A DNA stretch of 64,000 bases from the NCBI GenBank assembly GCA_964407105.1, contig CAYOUG010000004.1:6936-70935 (forward strand), in the 5' to 3' direction. Both the position numbers and the translations under genes were made by a program. How positions within the stretch are numbered: the stretch's first letter is position 1; each line of letters begins with the position of its first letter. Of the stretch, positions 8,284 to 18,122 are shown one piece after another. The notes under the pieces were generated by a model. That model had not been told where the DNA came from, made no database searches, and saw only the letters and a program-made list of their open reading frames with translations. Source of the DNA: an uncultured Candidatus Saccharibacteria bacterium (GTDB lineage: Bacteria > Patescibacteriota > Minisyncoccia > Phycocordibacterales > CALRHW01).

Positions 8284-11200
8284 TTAGATTTCTGGCTCAA
8301 CCGGAGAAGAATTTTCTGGGGCTGATTCACCCTCAGGTTGTACTTGATCAACAGAAGAAGAATCGTTTGGTGGATTTACATCAGCATCAGCACTAGCATC
8401 TCCAGAAATTTCATCTCCGCCAGTTTGGGCTTGTGTCTGTGGGGGTTGCACTTCGCTAGTAGGCACCTCAACATTATTATTTTGACCACACTCACCAGCG
8501 ACAGAAAGCATTTTTCCATTAGACATCTTCAAACAATAAGGTTCGCCTGTAACCTCATCATAAAGTGTAATTCCTGTTGGCTTTTCACTACTTCCCACTG
8601 TAAATGTTTCTACTATCACATTTTTAAATTGAGCAACATCTTGTGCAATATTTACACCAAAATTTTTCAAATAATTCATTATCGCAACAATCAAAGATTC
8701 TGAATTTACAATTCCAGTAGAGGTTGCAGAGCTTGTTGCGGTAGTAGATGCAACACCAAGCTGATTTTCCAAAGCGGTGACTCGCATTTCTAGATTATCA
8801 AACTTATGTTGAAGTGCTTTTACGCCACCAAGCGTAAACACCGCGAGCTTATATGCATCTATATCTTTACCACCAACAGAAAGAATTTCACTTGGTGCTT
8901 CATCAGCAACAATTCCAAGTCGAAGTGGCGCCGACTCATCTTCATTTTTGTATCGATAAGTTGAAATTGTTGTACCTTTTATTTTATCAAGATACGTATC
9001 TAGATCAGTCTCAGTAAGTGATGTCACTGAATCAAGTTTGTTGCGATCACCAAATACTGAAAATCCGTAGCCAGCAACATCACCTGACACCGTAAGCTTG
9101 AACGAAGGACTTGTAGTACCAATACCTACGTTACCAAACGTGTCTTGTACCAACATATTTCCATAGTAGTAGGTTGGCTCAACTTTCATCATCACTGTTT
9201 TTGTGTAAAGTTTTGAATTTTCATCATATGATTGAATAGCTCGACCAATTACAGGACCAGAGGCTGTTGCTTTCATGGCCACACCAGAAATAGATGAGGA
9301 AGTGAGATAATCTCCTGGTTTAATATCTCCATTTTCAAGAGAGATAAGTACTGGCACACGTCCGGACATTGCTACGTTCACAGTATGTTCATTTGTTTCT
9401 CCAAGATTTTGTACACTTGTCATACCCACCACACCAAAAACATTTGCGTCATAAATTTTATTACTCAAACGCACACGTGAGGTGTCTTTTTCGTGGAAAG
9501 CAACCACCGAGCCCTCAACAAATTGAGTTGGATCTCCCACTAAATATGGCGCGGTAATAGCAGCCGCAGAAACAGAATTATAATTTTTAATATCATCTTC
9601 ACTAAGTGACGCCACACCACCCACTTCTTCAGATTGAGCAATCATTGGTGTAGAAAGAGATCCTGGTGGATCATCCATCCAAAAACGAATAAGAGAAACA
9701 AGTAGACTTGGATTTGCGTTGGCTGTAACACTAGCACCAGCAAAATTTGCAACGAGTGTTATTGGCTGAAGTGTCGCCGAAGGAATGGTTGTATTGTGTA
9801 CCGCCACCACAGCACCATTTATCAAATATGTTGCTGAGGTAGTAGAAAGTTCAATACGCATTTTTAGAAAATTTGTGGTCGAAGTCGCTACGTTTGTATT
9901 AGTAAATGTTTCTCCACTTCTATTTTTAGTAACCATTATCCAATTTGGCCCAGAGGTTGCTGTAAAAAATGCGCCCTGTGTTGGTACGGTTCCTGTATCA
10001 GCACCAAAAGCGGCGTCTGTAAGACCTACAACATAAAGAGGTGTGGTAGTAGCTGTCGCAGTACGTGTAGCTTGTACCCATGCTTCAAATATTGGACTTG
10101 ATGTTGCAGAACTAGTAAAAACCGCTGTGCGAAGTGCGCTTCCGTCTCCAACGGTTGGATTTGTTGCGCCGGCTTGCAATTGAATAGCGGGAGGGTATGT
10201 GTTCCTTGTTAAAATCGCGGTGCCGTCTGTATCTAAGTCGAAAGCAAAATCTCCACAGGCACCAGCAGCATCAGAAGACCAAGCACCTCCTCCAGAACCA
10301 CCCACATCGCAAGAAAGATATCGCCACGTTGTATATACACGACCAGCTACAGTAAGCTGATCTCGAAGTCCACCAGCACCCCACGTGGTTGTTGTACCGA
10401 TAGCTACACGAGCATAATCTAGAAGACCTGTGGTTGTGGAAGTTACATAAAAGAGTGGTTGCTGTCCTCCGTTATTCCAATCACTTGTGGTCGCCACTAT
10501 AAAAGACGGGAGAATACTGTCCGTTCCACCACCCACCACAGAAAGTTTTGCATATGCTGATGTGGTGCCGATTCCAAAATTTCCAACAGAACTTAATGTT
10601 GCTTTTGTTGCATTATTTACTCTAAATCCCATCGATTTTCCTGATGGTGTATTAAATATTGTTCCTTCACCAGCATCCCACAAAAATGAATAACTATTCG
10701 TGTCTGGTGCAACCGTGTTTGCTCCAAACCATATTCCGGGATATGTGGTGTCTCCCACGATATTTCCCAACAAAACCCCCCTTCCAGCTCCAGCGTTAGA
10801 AAATCCAGCAACCAAATTACCAGCAACGTCTAATTTTTGTACTGGTGAGCTAGTACCAATTCCTACATTTCCAATATTATTTACCAAAAAATATGTTGAT
10901 GTGGCGTTTGAAACAGATGATGATGCGATTGCAAATAAAGGAATTTGAGATGAAGCGTTTACGCTTGTTATGGAAAGTTTTGCATATGGTGTAGTTGTAC
11001 CGATTCCAACAAGTCCAGTAGAAGTGATGCGCATACGTTCATTTGATGAAAGTGTGCCAGCTGTATGGAAAATAATATTTGCATTGCCTGTGGTAGACGC
11101 AGTACCAATGGCAAGATTGCTATCTGAACTATAAAGATAGGCATCATTTGCGCCGGTGATAGAAAACGCTGCTTGATTGTATGTAGAACTATTGATACCA

Positions 11201-14200
11201 AGATCTACATAATATTTTGTATCTGAACCCAAATCATTTGTTGCTATCCAGTCAGAAGAAGCTGCACTTCCTGAACTTGAATTTTGAATATTTGCTTGAA
11301 GATATCCATCTGTAGATGAGCCAATATTTAACATTGCGCCAGGAAACAATGATCCTGATCCGATAATTGTCTGTGAAAGATACGAAGTACTCGACGCATA
11401 TATTCCTGCCTTTGCCCACAGTGCTGTGGTGGTAGCTGAGGTATTTACTCCGTAGTTTGTAAGTGGTGTGAATGGGAAAGCACCTCCTGATGCAGTAATA
11501 GCTCCACAGGTTACTACCCCTGATGAATCGGTAGTAAGTGCACTTGATCCACTACAACCAGAGATACCTGAAATATTGAGTGCTGTGGTGGAAGCTGTGC
11601 CTGAGACGGTGATTGCGGTGGTTGAAGCGTATGGGAAGGTGGAGGCAGAGCTTGAGGTAGAGGTAATAGCACCACCAACAAAAAGAGTACTTGAGATGTA
11701 ACCCGCACCGTGTACTGAAAAAAGTTTCCCAGGTGTACTTGTAGCGACTCCCACATTTCCAAAAGCCGAAACACTATTATGACCAAGAACTACATTTCCA
11801 TTAGCGTTTCCTTGACCCGCATAAATAAAGACACTACCACCAGAAGCCTGAGCTTCTGTATCACTACCAGCCCCAATAAACACATCTCCTCCTTGAGTAG
11901 TTACAGTGTCCGCACCCAAAATAGAAAGTCGCCCACCTCCAGCAGTATCAAAACCGATTGTTCTGTTTGTGGCGGCCGATGTAAAATACAAATCACCATT
12001 TACTTCAAGTCTTGCGTTTGGACTCAATGTACCAACCCCAATAAATCCACTTGAATTCCATATTCCAGAACCTGGGAAGTAGGCTGTACCAGAAACAGAA
12101 AGTGCGGTAGTGGTTGCATTTGTTGTGGTTGAGTTATCAAAGATTGCGTTTGCAAAATATGAGGTTGATGATGCAAATATCCCAGACTGTGCCCACAGTG
12201 CTGTGGTGGTAGCTGAGGTATTTACTCCGTAGTTTGTAAGTGGTGTGAATGGGAAAGCTCCTCCTCCACCCACAATAGCTCCACAGGCTACTACTCCTGA
12301 TGCGTTGGTAGTAAGTGCGTTTGATCCACTACAACCCGAGATACCTGAAATATTGAGTGCTGTGGTAGAAGCTGTACCTGTGACAGTGATTGCGGTAGTT
12401 GAAGCGTATGGGAAGGTGGAGGCAGAGCTTGAAGTAGAGGTGATGGTGCCGCCGACAAAGAGAGTACTTGAGATGTAACCCGCGCCCTGAACAGCAAATT
12501 TTGTGCTTGGGGTTGCAGTAGCCACTCCAACATTTCCAAAAATATCAACGATAAATTGTGTCGAGGTTGCAATACCTGTTGAAGAAGAGGCTACTACAAA
12601 TTGTGGTATGAGACTGTTGTGAGAACTAACGGAAAGTTTTGCCCATGGAGTACTTGTACCAACACCAACTCTTCCTCCAGTATCAGCAATAATTACATTT
12701 CCATCGTAAGCAGGAACCCCTCCACTTGAAGCACCACCACGTATGTATATGTTCCCGCCACTTGTTGATCCGCCCACATCTTCATTTCCAGCAGCACCCG
12801 CCGCCAACAAAAGATGACTTCCTGCAACATCAGATGCACTTTGTCCAATAAATATTCTTCTTGTAGCAATTGAAGCTATACCTGGAAAAGAGATATCGCC
12901 AGCAACCAAAAGCTGAGGTAAACCGCTTGGATTTAGATCAGAATTTGATGTAGTAAATCTTTGGTAAGAACCAATTTGTACATACTGATTGTATACAGCG
13001 AGAACATCTCTATCTGATGATGTTGCTACAGTGAGTAGTTTCAAGCCGGGTTCATTATTTCCAAATCCAGTTATTGTTGAACCTACGATAGCAAGTTTCG
13101 CCTTTGCCGAGGTGGTACCTATATAAAGACCTGTTGCAAATGTACTTGTGGCAGAAAAATTCGCAGCCACAAATTGTGAAGTACTCGACGCAAATATTCC
13201 AGACTGTGCCCACAGTGCTGTGGTGGTAGCTGAGGTATTTACTCCGTAGTTTGTAAGTGGTGTGAATGGGAAAGCTCCTCCTCCACCCACAATAGCTCCA
13301 CAGGCTACTACTCCTGATGCGTTGGTAGTAAGTGCACTTGATCCACTACATCCTGAGATACCTGAAATATTGAGTGCAGTGGTGGAAGCTGTGCCTGAGA
13401 CGGTGATTGCTGTGGTTGAAGCGTATGGAAATACTGAAGCTGTTGATGTAGTAGCGGTGAAGTATGCGGATACGGTCTCTCCCACCACAGAAAGTTTTGC
13501 GTATGGTGAGGTGGTGCCGACTCCGACATTGCCGCCATTCAAAACTATTTTTCCATTAGCACCAGCAGAAGCGTTTGCGCCAGATGTGCCCGCAGTAATA
13601 TAAACACTACCTCCCGCACCACCAGTATCTGGACCGCCACTACCAGCTCCGCCATTACCTGCAGTAAGAGTTAAATCTCCACCAACACCCGCTGGACCAC
13701 CTGATCCACCAGCACCACCAGTACCTGTGGTTATGGTTATAGCACCACCCGCTCCACCAGCACCACCTGCTCCAGTTCCAGTTCCACCAGTTCCAGCAAA
13801 AAGAAGCATTTTGCCACCGACACCAGCCGTTGCTCCAGATCCACCCGTTCCACCAAGAACTGAAAACACTGTTGATGCACTAATACCAGAAGATTGATCG
13901 TTTCCTTTTACTGAAAACTTAGCAAATGGCGAACTTGTTCCCACTCCTACATTTCCAATAACATCAACAATAAAATCTGTTGTTGTTGCAAATACACCAG
14001 CAGTAGAAGAAGCAATTACAAATTGTGGTTGTGTTCCTCCGTTTGAACTAACAGAAAGTTTTGCCCATGGAGTAGTTGATGATACACCGATATTTCCAGT
14101 AGAGGTTACTCTTAAATATTCATTGCCTCCAGTAGAAAATCCAACAACATCAGCACTAGGAGAAAATACTCCAGTATTAGTATCACCACTAAATGAAAGA

Positions 14201-15777
14201 CCTGGGGTAGCGGCATTACCAGCACCAGCAATACCTAGAGTTTGAGTAGTATTAATTCTAGCTGTACCAGCAATCCAAAATTGTGTTGAAGCATTAACTA
14301 CACCGTCAGCTCGCCAATAATCGTTGGTGTTATTAAACATGAAATAATCTGTCGCTCCAGAAATTGCAGACGCCGCAAGATTTATACCATATACCGCCGC
14401 AGCACCAAGATTTGAAATATTAAGTCCTGCAAGACCAAGTCCTCCTCCGTCTATAGTAAGTCGTGAACTAGAACCGCTTGAAGCTCCGGGTGTTGATGTA
14501 CCAATACCAATAGATCCATTAAACGAAGATGTCGCGGTAGATGTACCGACAAAAGTTTCTCCTACCACCTGTCCCGCCACAGAAAGTTTTGCATAAGGTG
14601 AGGTGGTGCCGATTCCCACACTTCCAGTAGATGTCCATATTCCAGAACCTGGGAAATAAGCAGTACCAGAAACAGAAAGTGCGGTAGTGGTTGCATTTGT
14701 TGTGGTTGAGTTATCAAAGATTGCGTTTGCAAAATATGAGGTTGATGATGCAAATATCCCAGACTGTGCCCACAGTGCTGTGGTGGTAGCTGAGGTATTT
14801 ACTCCGTAGTTTGTAAGTGGTGTGAATGGGAAAGCTCCTCCTCCACCCACAATAGCTCCACAGGCTACTACTCCTGATGCGTTGGTAGTAAGTGCGTTTG
14901 ATCCACTACAACCCGAGATACCTGAAATATTGAGTGCTGTGGTAGAAGCTGTACCTGTGACAGTGATTGCGGTAGTTGAAGCGTATGGGAAGGTGGAGGC
15001 AGTAGATGTGGTAGCGGTGAAGTATGCGGATACTGTTTGACCAACAACAGAAAGTTTTGCATAAGGTGAGGTGGTGCCGATTCCTACATTTCCTCCACTT
15101 TTTAATGTAAGTACCGATGCAGAACTTGGACCAATAAAGTTTGCAATGTCACCCGCTCCGTTTTGTGTAATCGTCAAAAATGTTGATGCAGTATTTGTAG
15201 CGTTTGTTGCATCAGCGCGCAAAAATTGCTCGCTTGAAAGACCATCTAAGGTATCTGCAACAAACGCTGCCGGCACAGCACCAAGTTTTTTTCGAGGTGT
15301 CATTTCCCCATCCCAAACCGCACCACCACCAGATCCTCCCACCTCAACCCCGAGGTAAAGCGTTTGATTGAAATCTACACTCGTCAGCGGTGTAGAGCTT
15401 CCAAGCATAACACTGAAAAGACCGTTGGTAAGGGTGATACGATCACCTGCCGCAGTACTCCTGTCTTCATCCCAAATACTCGCTCCACCTGTTGCAACAG
15501 TGTAGAGCTTAAATCTCATGTGATACGTGCCATCAGCGACAGCAACATTGCTTGAATTAGTAAGCTTTCCCTGATAATTAATTTCTTTATTAAATGCAGC
15601 GTTTGCACTTTTTGTTTGGCCTAGAAACAAAAGTTGCGGCGATAAAAGAGATACGAGTACAACAAACACAACAGCTGTTGTATATACGCGTAGAAAACGA
15701 CGTGTGCATGCAAAAGCCGTCGTGCGCATTGTGACCGCATTTCTTATATCTATGATGTTTTTAATAAGCGTACGCAT
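8284..15777 (-). CDS. Giant (2497 aa) secreted fibre/adhesin: YQG N-terminal domain, GNVGIGTTSP repeats, Gly-rich segments, C-terminal G2-like and S74-like chaperone domains
   Basis: Signal peptide; INYQGKL...PRKKLGAVPAA; many GNVG(I/V)GT units; GRVPVLISLENGDIKPGDYLTSS; YRYK...LGIVADE followed by a coiled coil. Confidence 0.88.
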   Translation of the reverse strand: MRTLIKNIIDIRNAVTMRTTAFACTRRFLRVYTTAVVFVVLVSLLSPQLLFLGQTKSANAAFNKEINYQGKLTNSSNVAVADGTYHMRFKLYTVATGGASIWDEDRSTAAGDRITLTNGLFSVMLGSSTPLTSVDFNQTLYLGVEVGGSGGGAVWDGEMTPRKKLGAVPAAFVADTLDGLSSEQFLRADATNATNTASTFLTITQNGAGDIANFIGPSSASVLTLKSGGNVGIGTTSPYAKLSVVGQTVSAYFTATTSTASTFPYASTTAITVTGTASTTALNISGISGCSGSNALTTNASGVVACGAIVGGGGAFPFTPLTNYGVNTSATTTALWAQSGIFASSTSYFANAIFDNSTTTNATTTALSVSGTAYFPGSGIWTSTGSVGIGTTSPYAKLSVAGQVVGETFVGTSTATSSFNGSIGIGTSTPGASSGSSSRLTIDGGGLGLAGLNISNLGAAAVYGINLAASAISGATDYFMFNNTNDYWRADGVVNASTQFWIAGTARINTTQTLGIAGAGNAATPGLSFSGDTNTGVFSPSADVVGFSTGGNEYLRVTSTGNIGVSSTTPWAKLSVSSNGGTQPQFVIASSTAGVFATTTDFIVDVIGNVGVGTSSPFAKFSVKGNDQSSGISASTVFSVLGGTGGSGATAGVGGKMLLFAGTGGTGTGAGGAGGAGGAITITTGTGGAGGSGGPAGVGGDLTLTAGNGGAGSGGPDTGGAGGSVYITAGTSGANASAGANGKIVLNGGNVGVGTTSPYAKLSVVGETVSAYFTATTSTASVFPYASTTAITVSGTASTTALNISGISGCSGSSALTTNASGVVACGAIVGGGGAFPFTPLTNYGVNTSATTTALWAQSGIFASSTSQFVAANFSATSTFATGLYIGTTSAKAKLAIVGSTITGFGNNEPGLKLLTVATSSDRDVLAVYNQYVQIGSYQRFTTSNSDLNPSGLPQLLVAGDISFPGIASIATRRIFIGQSASDVAGSHLLLAAGAAGNEDVGGSTSGGNIYIRGGASSGGVPAYDGNVIIADTGGRVGVGTSTPWAKLSVSSHNSLIPQFVVASSSTGIATSTQFIVDIFGNVGVATATPSTKFAVQGAGYISSTLFVGGTITSTSSSASTFPYASTTAITVTGTASTTALNISGISGCSGSNALTTNASGVVACGAIVGGGGAFPFTPLTNYGVNTSATTTALWAQSGIFASSTSYFANAIFDNSTTTNATTTALSVSGTAYFPGSGIWNSSGFIGVGTLSPNARLEVNGDLYFTSAATNRTIGFDTAGGGRLSILGADTVTTQGGDVFIGAGSDTEAQASGGSVFIYAGQGNANGNVVLGHNSVSAFGNVGVATSTPGKLFSVHGAGYISSTLFVGGAITSTSSSASTFPYASTTAITVSGTASTTALNISGISGCSGSSALTTDSSGVVTCGAITASGGAFPFTPLTNYGVNTSATTTALWAKAGIYASSTSYLSQTIIGSGSLFPGAMLNIGSSTDGYLQANIQNSSSGSAASSDWIATNDLGSDTKYYVDLGINSSTYNQAAFSITGANDAYLYSSDSNLAIGTASTTGNANIIFHTAGTLSSNERMRITSTGLVGIGTTTPYAKLSITSVNASSQIPLFAIASSSVSNATSTYFLVNNIGNVGIGTSSPVQKLDVAGNLVAGFSNAGAGRGVLLGNIVGDTTYPGIWFGANTVAPDTNSYSFLWDAGEGTIFNTPSGKSMGFRVNNATKATLSSVGNFGIGTTSAYAKLSVVGGGTDSILPSFIVATTSDWNNGGQQPLFYVTSTTTGLLDYARVAIGTTTTWGAGGLRDQLTVAGRVYTTWRYLSCDVGGSGGGAWSSDAAGACGDFAFDLDTDGTAILTRNTYPPAIQLQAGATNPTVGDGSALRTAVFTSSATSSPIFEAWVQATRTATATTTPLYVVGLTDAAFGADTGTVPTQGAFFTATSGPNWIMVTKNRSGETFTNTNVATSTTNFLKMRIELSTTSATYLINGAVVAVHNTTIPSATLQPITLVANFAGASVTANANPSLLVSLIRFWMDDPPGSLSTPMIAQSEEVGGVASLSEDDIKNYNSVSAAAITAPYLVGDPTQFVEGSVVAFHEKDTSRVRLSNKIYDANVFGVVGMTSVQNLGETNEHTVNVAMSGRVPVLISLENGDIKPGDYLTSSSISGVAMKATASGPVIGRAIQSYDENSKLYTKTVMMKVEPTYYYGNMLVQDTFGNVGIGTTSPSFKLTVSGDVAGYGFSVFGDRNKLDSVTSLTETDLDTYLDKIKGTTISTYRYKNEDESAPLRLGIVADEAPSEILSVGGKDIDAYKLAVFTLGGVKALQHKFDNLEMRVTALENQLGVASTTATSSATSTGIVNSESLIVAIMNYLKNFGVNIAQDVAQFKNVIVETFTVGSSEKPTGITLYDEVTGEPYCLKMSNGKMLSVAGECGQNNNVEVPTSEVQPPQTQAQTGGDEISGDASADADVNPPNDSSSVDQVQPEGESAPENSSPVEPEI
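11384..15090. repeat. Four ~300-370-bp intragenic repeat modules (~11384-11710, 12057-12487, 13178-13530, 14634-15090)
   Basis: 12086-12425 and 14663-15002 look identical by eye (340 bp); each module encodes FPYASTTAITV...SGCSGSxALTT...CGAI...FPFTPLTNYGVNTSATTTALWA. Confidence 0.95.
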
Positions 15778-15780
15778 TAA

Positions 15781-17349
15781 TTATTTTTTGAGAAGCGCTC
15801 GGACAAATTTATATCCGAGAAAAAGCAACACAAAGATAAGTATTAGAACAAGAAGAACAGGAATATTTTCTGAAACAAGAACAAACAAACCGTGAAGTGA
15901 TAAATCTGTATTTGATGCAACATTTGGCATCAAAGACACGATCACACCTGCAAGTTTTTTTAATCCTTGATTTTTGTAATCAAGAATCGTTACACCAAAC
16001 TCAAACTTTCCTGAACGACCAAGCGGTGCAATGAGTGCCTCATAAGCTGTTTTCTCTTTATTTACTCGAAGCAAAAACGAAAATGTTTTAGAGTGATCTT
16101 CTGGGTCTCGCATTGTTACCGTAATCGTCTTTAGAATTTCTGGAACTTTTTTGTAATCAAGAGAAATTGTAAGTTCTCGATCTCCTTCTATTTCAACTGA
16201 GTGAGAAGTAACAGAAAGTTTTTTACCATTTTGAAAGAAATCTAAATCAAGCACCGTGAGTCCCGCAATCATTGGATGAACTTTTGATTGAGGTAACTCT
16301 TGTATTTCTCCAAAAAGATCTTCTGAATCATGTGGCTCGCCTATTTTATAGAGTCGGCCTTTTGTAACCGCTCCAGATGAATAGTTACCAAACTCATCGC
16401 GAGCAAAAACTGTGTAGTAATAAACTTTTCCATACTCCACATCTGTGTCTACTAGAAATTCAGCATTTCCTTCATAAACCACTTTTCCATCAAACAAATC
16501 TTTTGGATAAAATTTGTCAGATCGCACTACACGTACAGATTCAAAATCCACAAGAGGATTTTTCCAAGAGAGTGTGATTTTTTTATCATCACCCACCGCT
16601 TTTAAATTTGTAACGTTACTCGGCGGATTTGTATCAGGTAATGATGTAGTTACAAATTGTTGATTGTCTATCACAAGTTTTCGTCCATATGCATCAATAA
16701 GCTCGATTCTGAAATAATATGTCGTACCCGGTGTAAGACTTTCTATACTAATAGAGTGATTTGTGAGAAAGAGCTGTTCGGCAAGAGTACCGATCTCATA
16801 ATCTGGAGTTTCTCCCCACGACACAATCGCTTGTGTGTAGATGTTTGTCTCAAAATTTATGACAGAACTTGTAACGTCTGGTTGCACCGACATGCCAAGC
16901 AATTTAAGCAACAAAGTTCCCGATATGTTTCCATCACTGGTTGTTGGTGGTGGAACTGAGGCTTCAAGTGTTGTCGCAGTAGCGGTTGCTGATGTTGGTG
17001 AATAGTTGAACGATGAATCAAATGCGGTCACTGTATAGTCGTATGTTGTTTCCGGAGAAAGACCAGTATTTGAATATGTCGTTGCGGTAGATGTTGCAAT
17101 AAACACTAGATCACGAAAGACTTGATATCCTGCAACACCATAATTATCTGTTGATGCAGTCCATGAAAGATTTATCTGCGAACTCGATACTGCAGTAGCT
17201 GTAAGATTTGTGGGAGTAGATGGGGCGACACCGTCAACGACCGTTATTGATTGCTCTACTTGAAACGTATCTTCTGCCGCTTGTATAGATAGCACCGCAC
17301 CACAAAGTGTGACGGTGAAAACCATAAAAATGTATAGAAGTTTTTTCAT
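15781..17349 (-). CDS. Secreted multi-FN3-domain protein with C-terminal TM anchor
   Basis: Signal peptide; APSTPTNLTATAVSSSQINLSW...GLSPETTYDYTVTAFD plus two more FN3-like domains; TM helix and basic tail. Confidence 0.88.
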   Translation of the reverse strand: MKKLLYIFMVFTVTLCGAVLSIQAAEDTFQVEQSITVVDGVAPSTPTNLTATAVSSSQINLSWTASTDNYGVAGYQVFRDLVFIATSTATTYSNTGLSPETTYDYTVTAFDSSFNYSPTSATATATTLEASVPPPTTSDGNISGTLLLKLLGMSVQPDVTSSVINFETNIYTQAIVSWGETPDYEIGTLAEQLFLTNHSISIESLTPGTTYYFRIELIDAYGRKLVIDNQQFVTTSLPDTNPPSNVTNLKAVGDDKKITLSWKNPLVDFESVRVVRSDKFYPKDLFDGKVVYEGNAEFLVDTDVEYGKVYYYTVFARDEFGNYSSGAVTKGRLYKIGEPHDSEDLFGEIQELPQSKVHPMIAGLTVLDLDFFQNGKKLSVTSHSVEIEGDRELTISLDYKKVPEILKTITVTMRDPEDHSKTFSFLLRVNKEKTAYEALIAPLGRSGKFEFGVTILDYKNQGLKKLAGVIVSLMPNVASNTDLSLHGLFVLVSENIPVLLVLILIFVLLFLGYKFVRALLKK

Positions 17350-17355
17350 TACGTT

Positions 17356-18120
17356 TTAAAGGGGTAGTGCAGTAACTGTTGTTGTGGCTAGATATACTCC
17401 TTCTGGTTGAAGATGTGCAGTGCCAGATTGAGCACGAAATTTTAGTGTTGTAGCGGTACCTGATGGATGATTTGGAGAAGTACTTCTACTTATTACTTCA
17501 TTCGCAGTTGAGAGATTGTACCAACACGCATCTGCTGTATCGGTTGTGTCAACATTGCATGTGTTAGATCCATTGTCTTTAAACTTTTGAACAATGTGTG
17601 AACCTTCAGGTGTAAAAGCAAATTCTGATGCAGAAGCAGCGATTGAAAAGGTGAAATCTGGATTTGCACCAGCTGGTGTATAATCCGCAAAACTATTTGC
17701 ACCACTCACAAGCGCTGGTGAAGAACTTGCTTTGATACTAAGTTCATAACCAGAAGGACTGTCGGTAATAACCGTCACAACCGCGGATCCATTTGAAGTA
17801 CCGCCGGTCACACCACCAATATTTGGACTCATAACCACATCAGAAACAGAAGTAATTGCGATATACACTTCTTGCATCTGTTGATACCCTGCTTTTATTT
17901 TGTAGAGTGTGCCTGAAGATTCGCCAGTAGCTACTTCTCCAGCAGTACTTTCTTGCGTATAACTTGTAGAAGTAGAAAGTCCTCCTCCAAAATTAACGCT
18001 GTCGCTTTGAATTTTGTATAACGTACCGGTCATTTGAGCAAAAGAAACATTGCCAAATGTTGATACCACATACAAAGAAACTGAAACAAATAAAGCTGTA
18101 TACAGATAAGCCTTAAACAT
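17356..18120 (-). CDS. Secreted pilin/WxL-like protein with an extra N-terminal ~58-aa module (putative tip adaptor)
   Basis: Paralog of 19104-19787 (GVTGGTSxG, GYxxxIKASSSPA, FKDNGSNTCN..CW, terminal YxATxTxTA strand). Confidence 0.7.
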   Translation of the reverse strand: MFKAYLYTALFVSVSLYVVSTFGNVSFAQMTGTLYKIQSDSVNFGGGLSTSTSYTQESTAGEVATGESSGTLYKIKAGYQQMQEVYIAITSVSDVVMSPNIGGVTGGTSNGSAVVTVITDSPSGYELSIKASSSPALVSGANSFADYTPAGANPDFTFSIAASASEFAFTPEGSHIVQKFKDNGSNTCNVDTTDTADACWYNLSTANEVISRSTSPNHPSGTATTLKFRAQSGTAHLQPEGVYLATTTVTALPL

Positions 18121-18122
18121 GA

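Noticed and set aside
7838-8396. Several short plus-strand ORFs (66-102 aa)
   Set aside because: They are antisense to rnpB and its terminator and have no protein-like features.
11468-15040. Four similar plus-strand ORFs starting MNGKAPP that look like a repeated gene family
   Set aside because: They are antisense shadows of the repeat modules in the giant gene.
11384-15090. Repeats as DGR template/variable regions or a CRISPR array
   Set aside because: No reverse transcriptase or cas genes; differences are mostly synonymous and not adenine-specific; the units are long, in-frame and coding.
8284-15777. Prophage tail fibre (S74-like domain)
   Set aside because: It has a signal peptide, sits in a cell-surface operon, and no phage structural or integrase genes are nearby.
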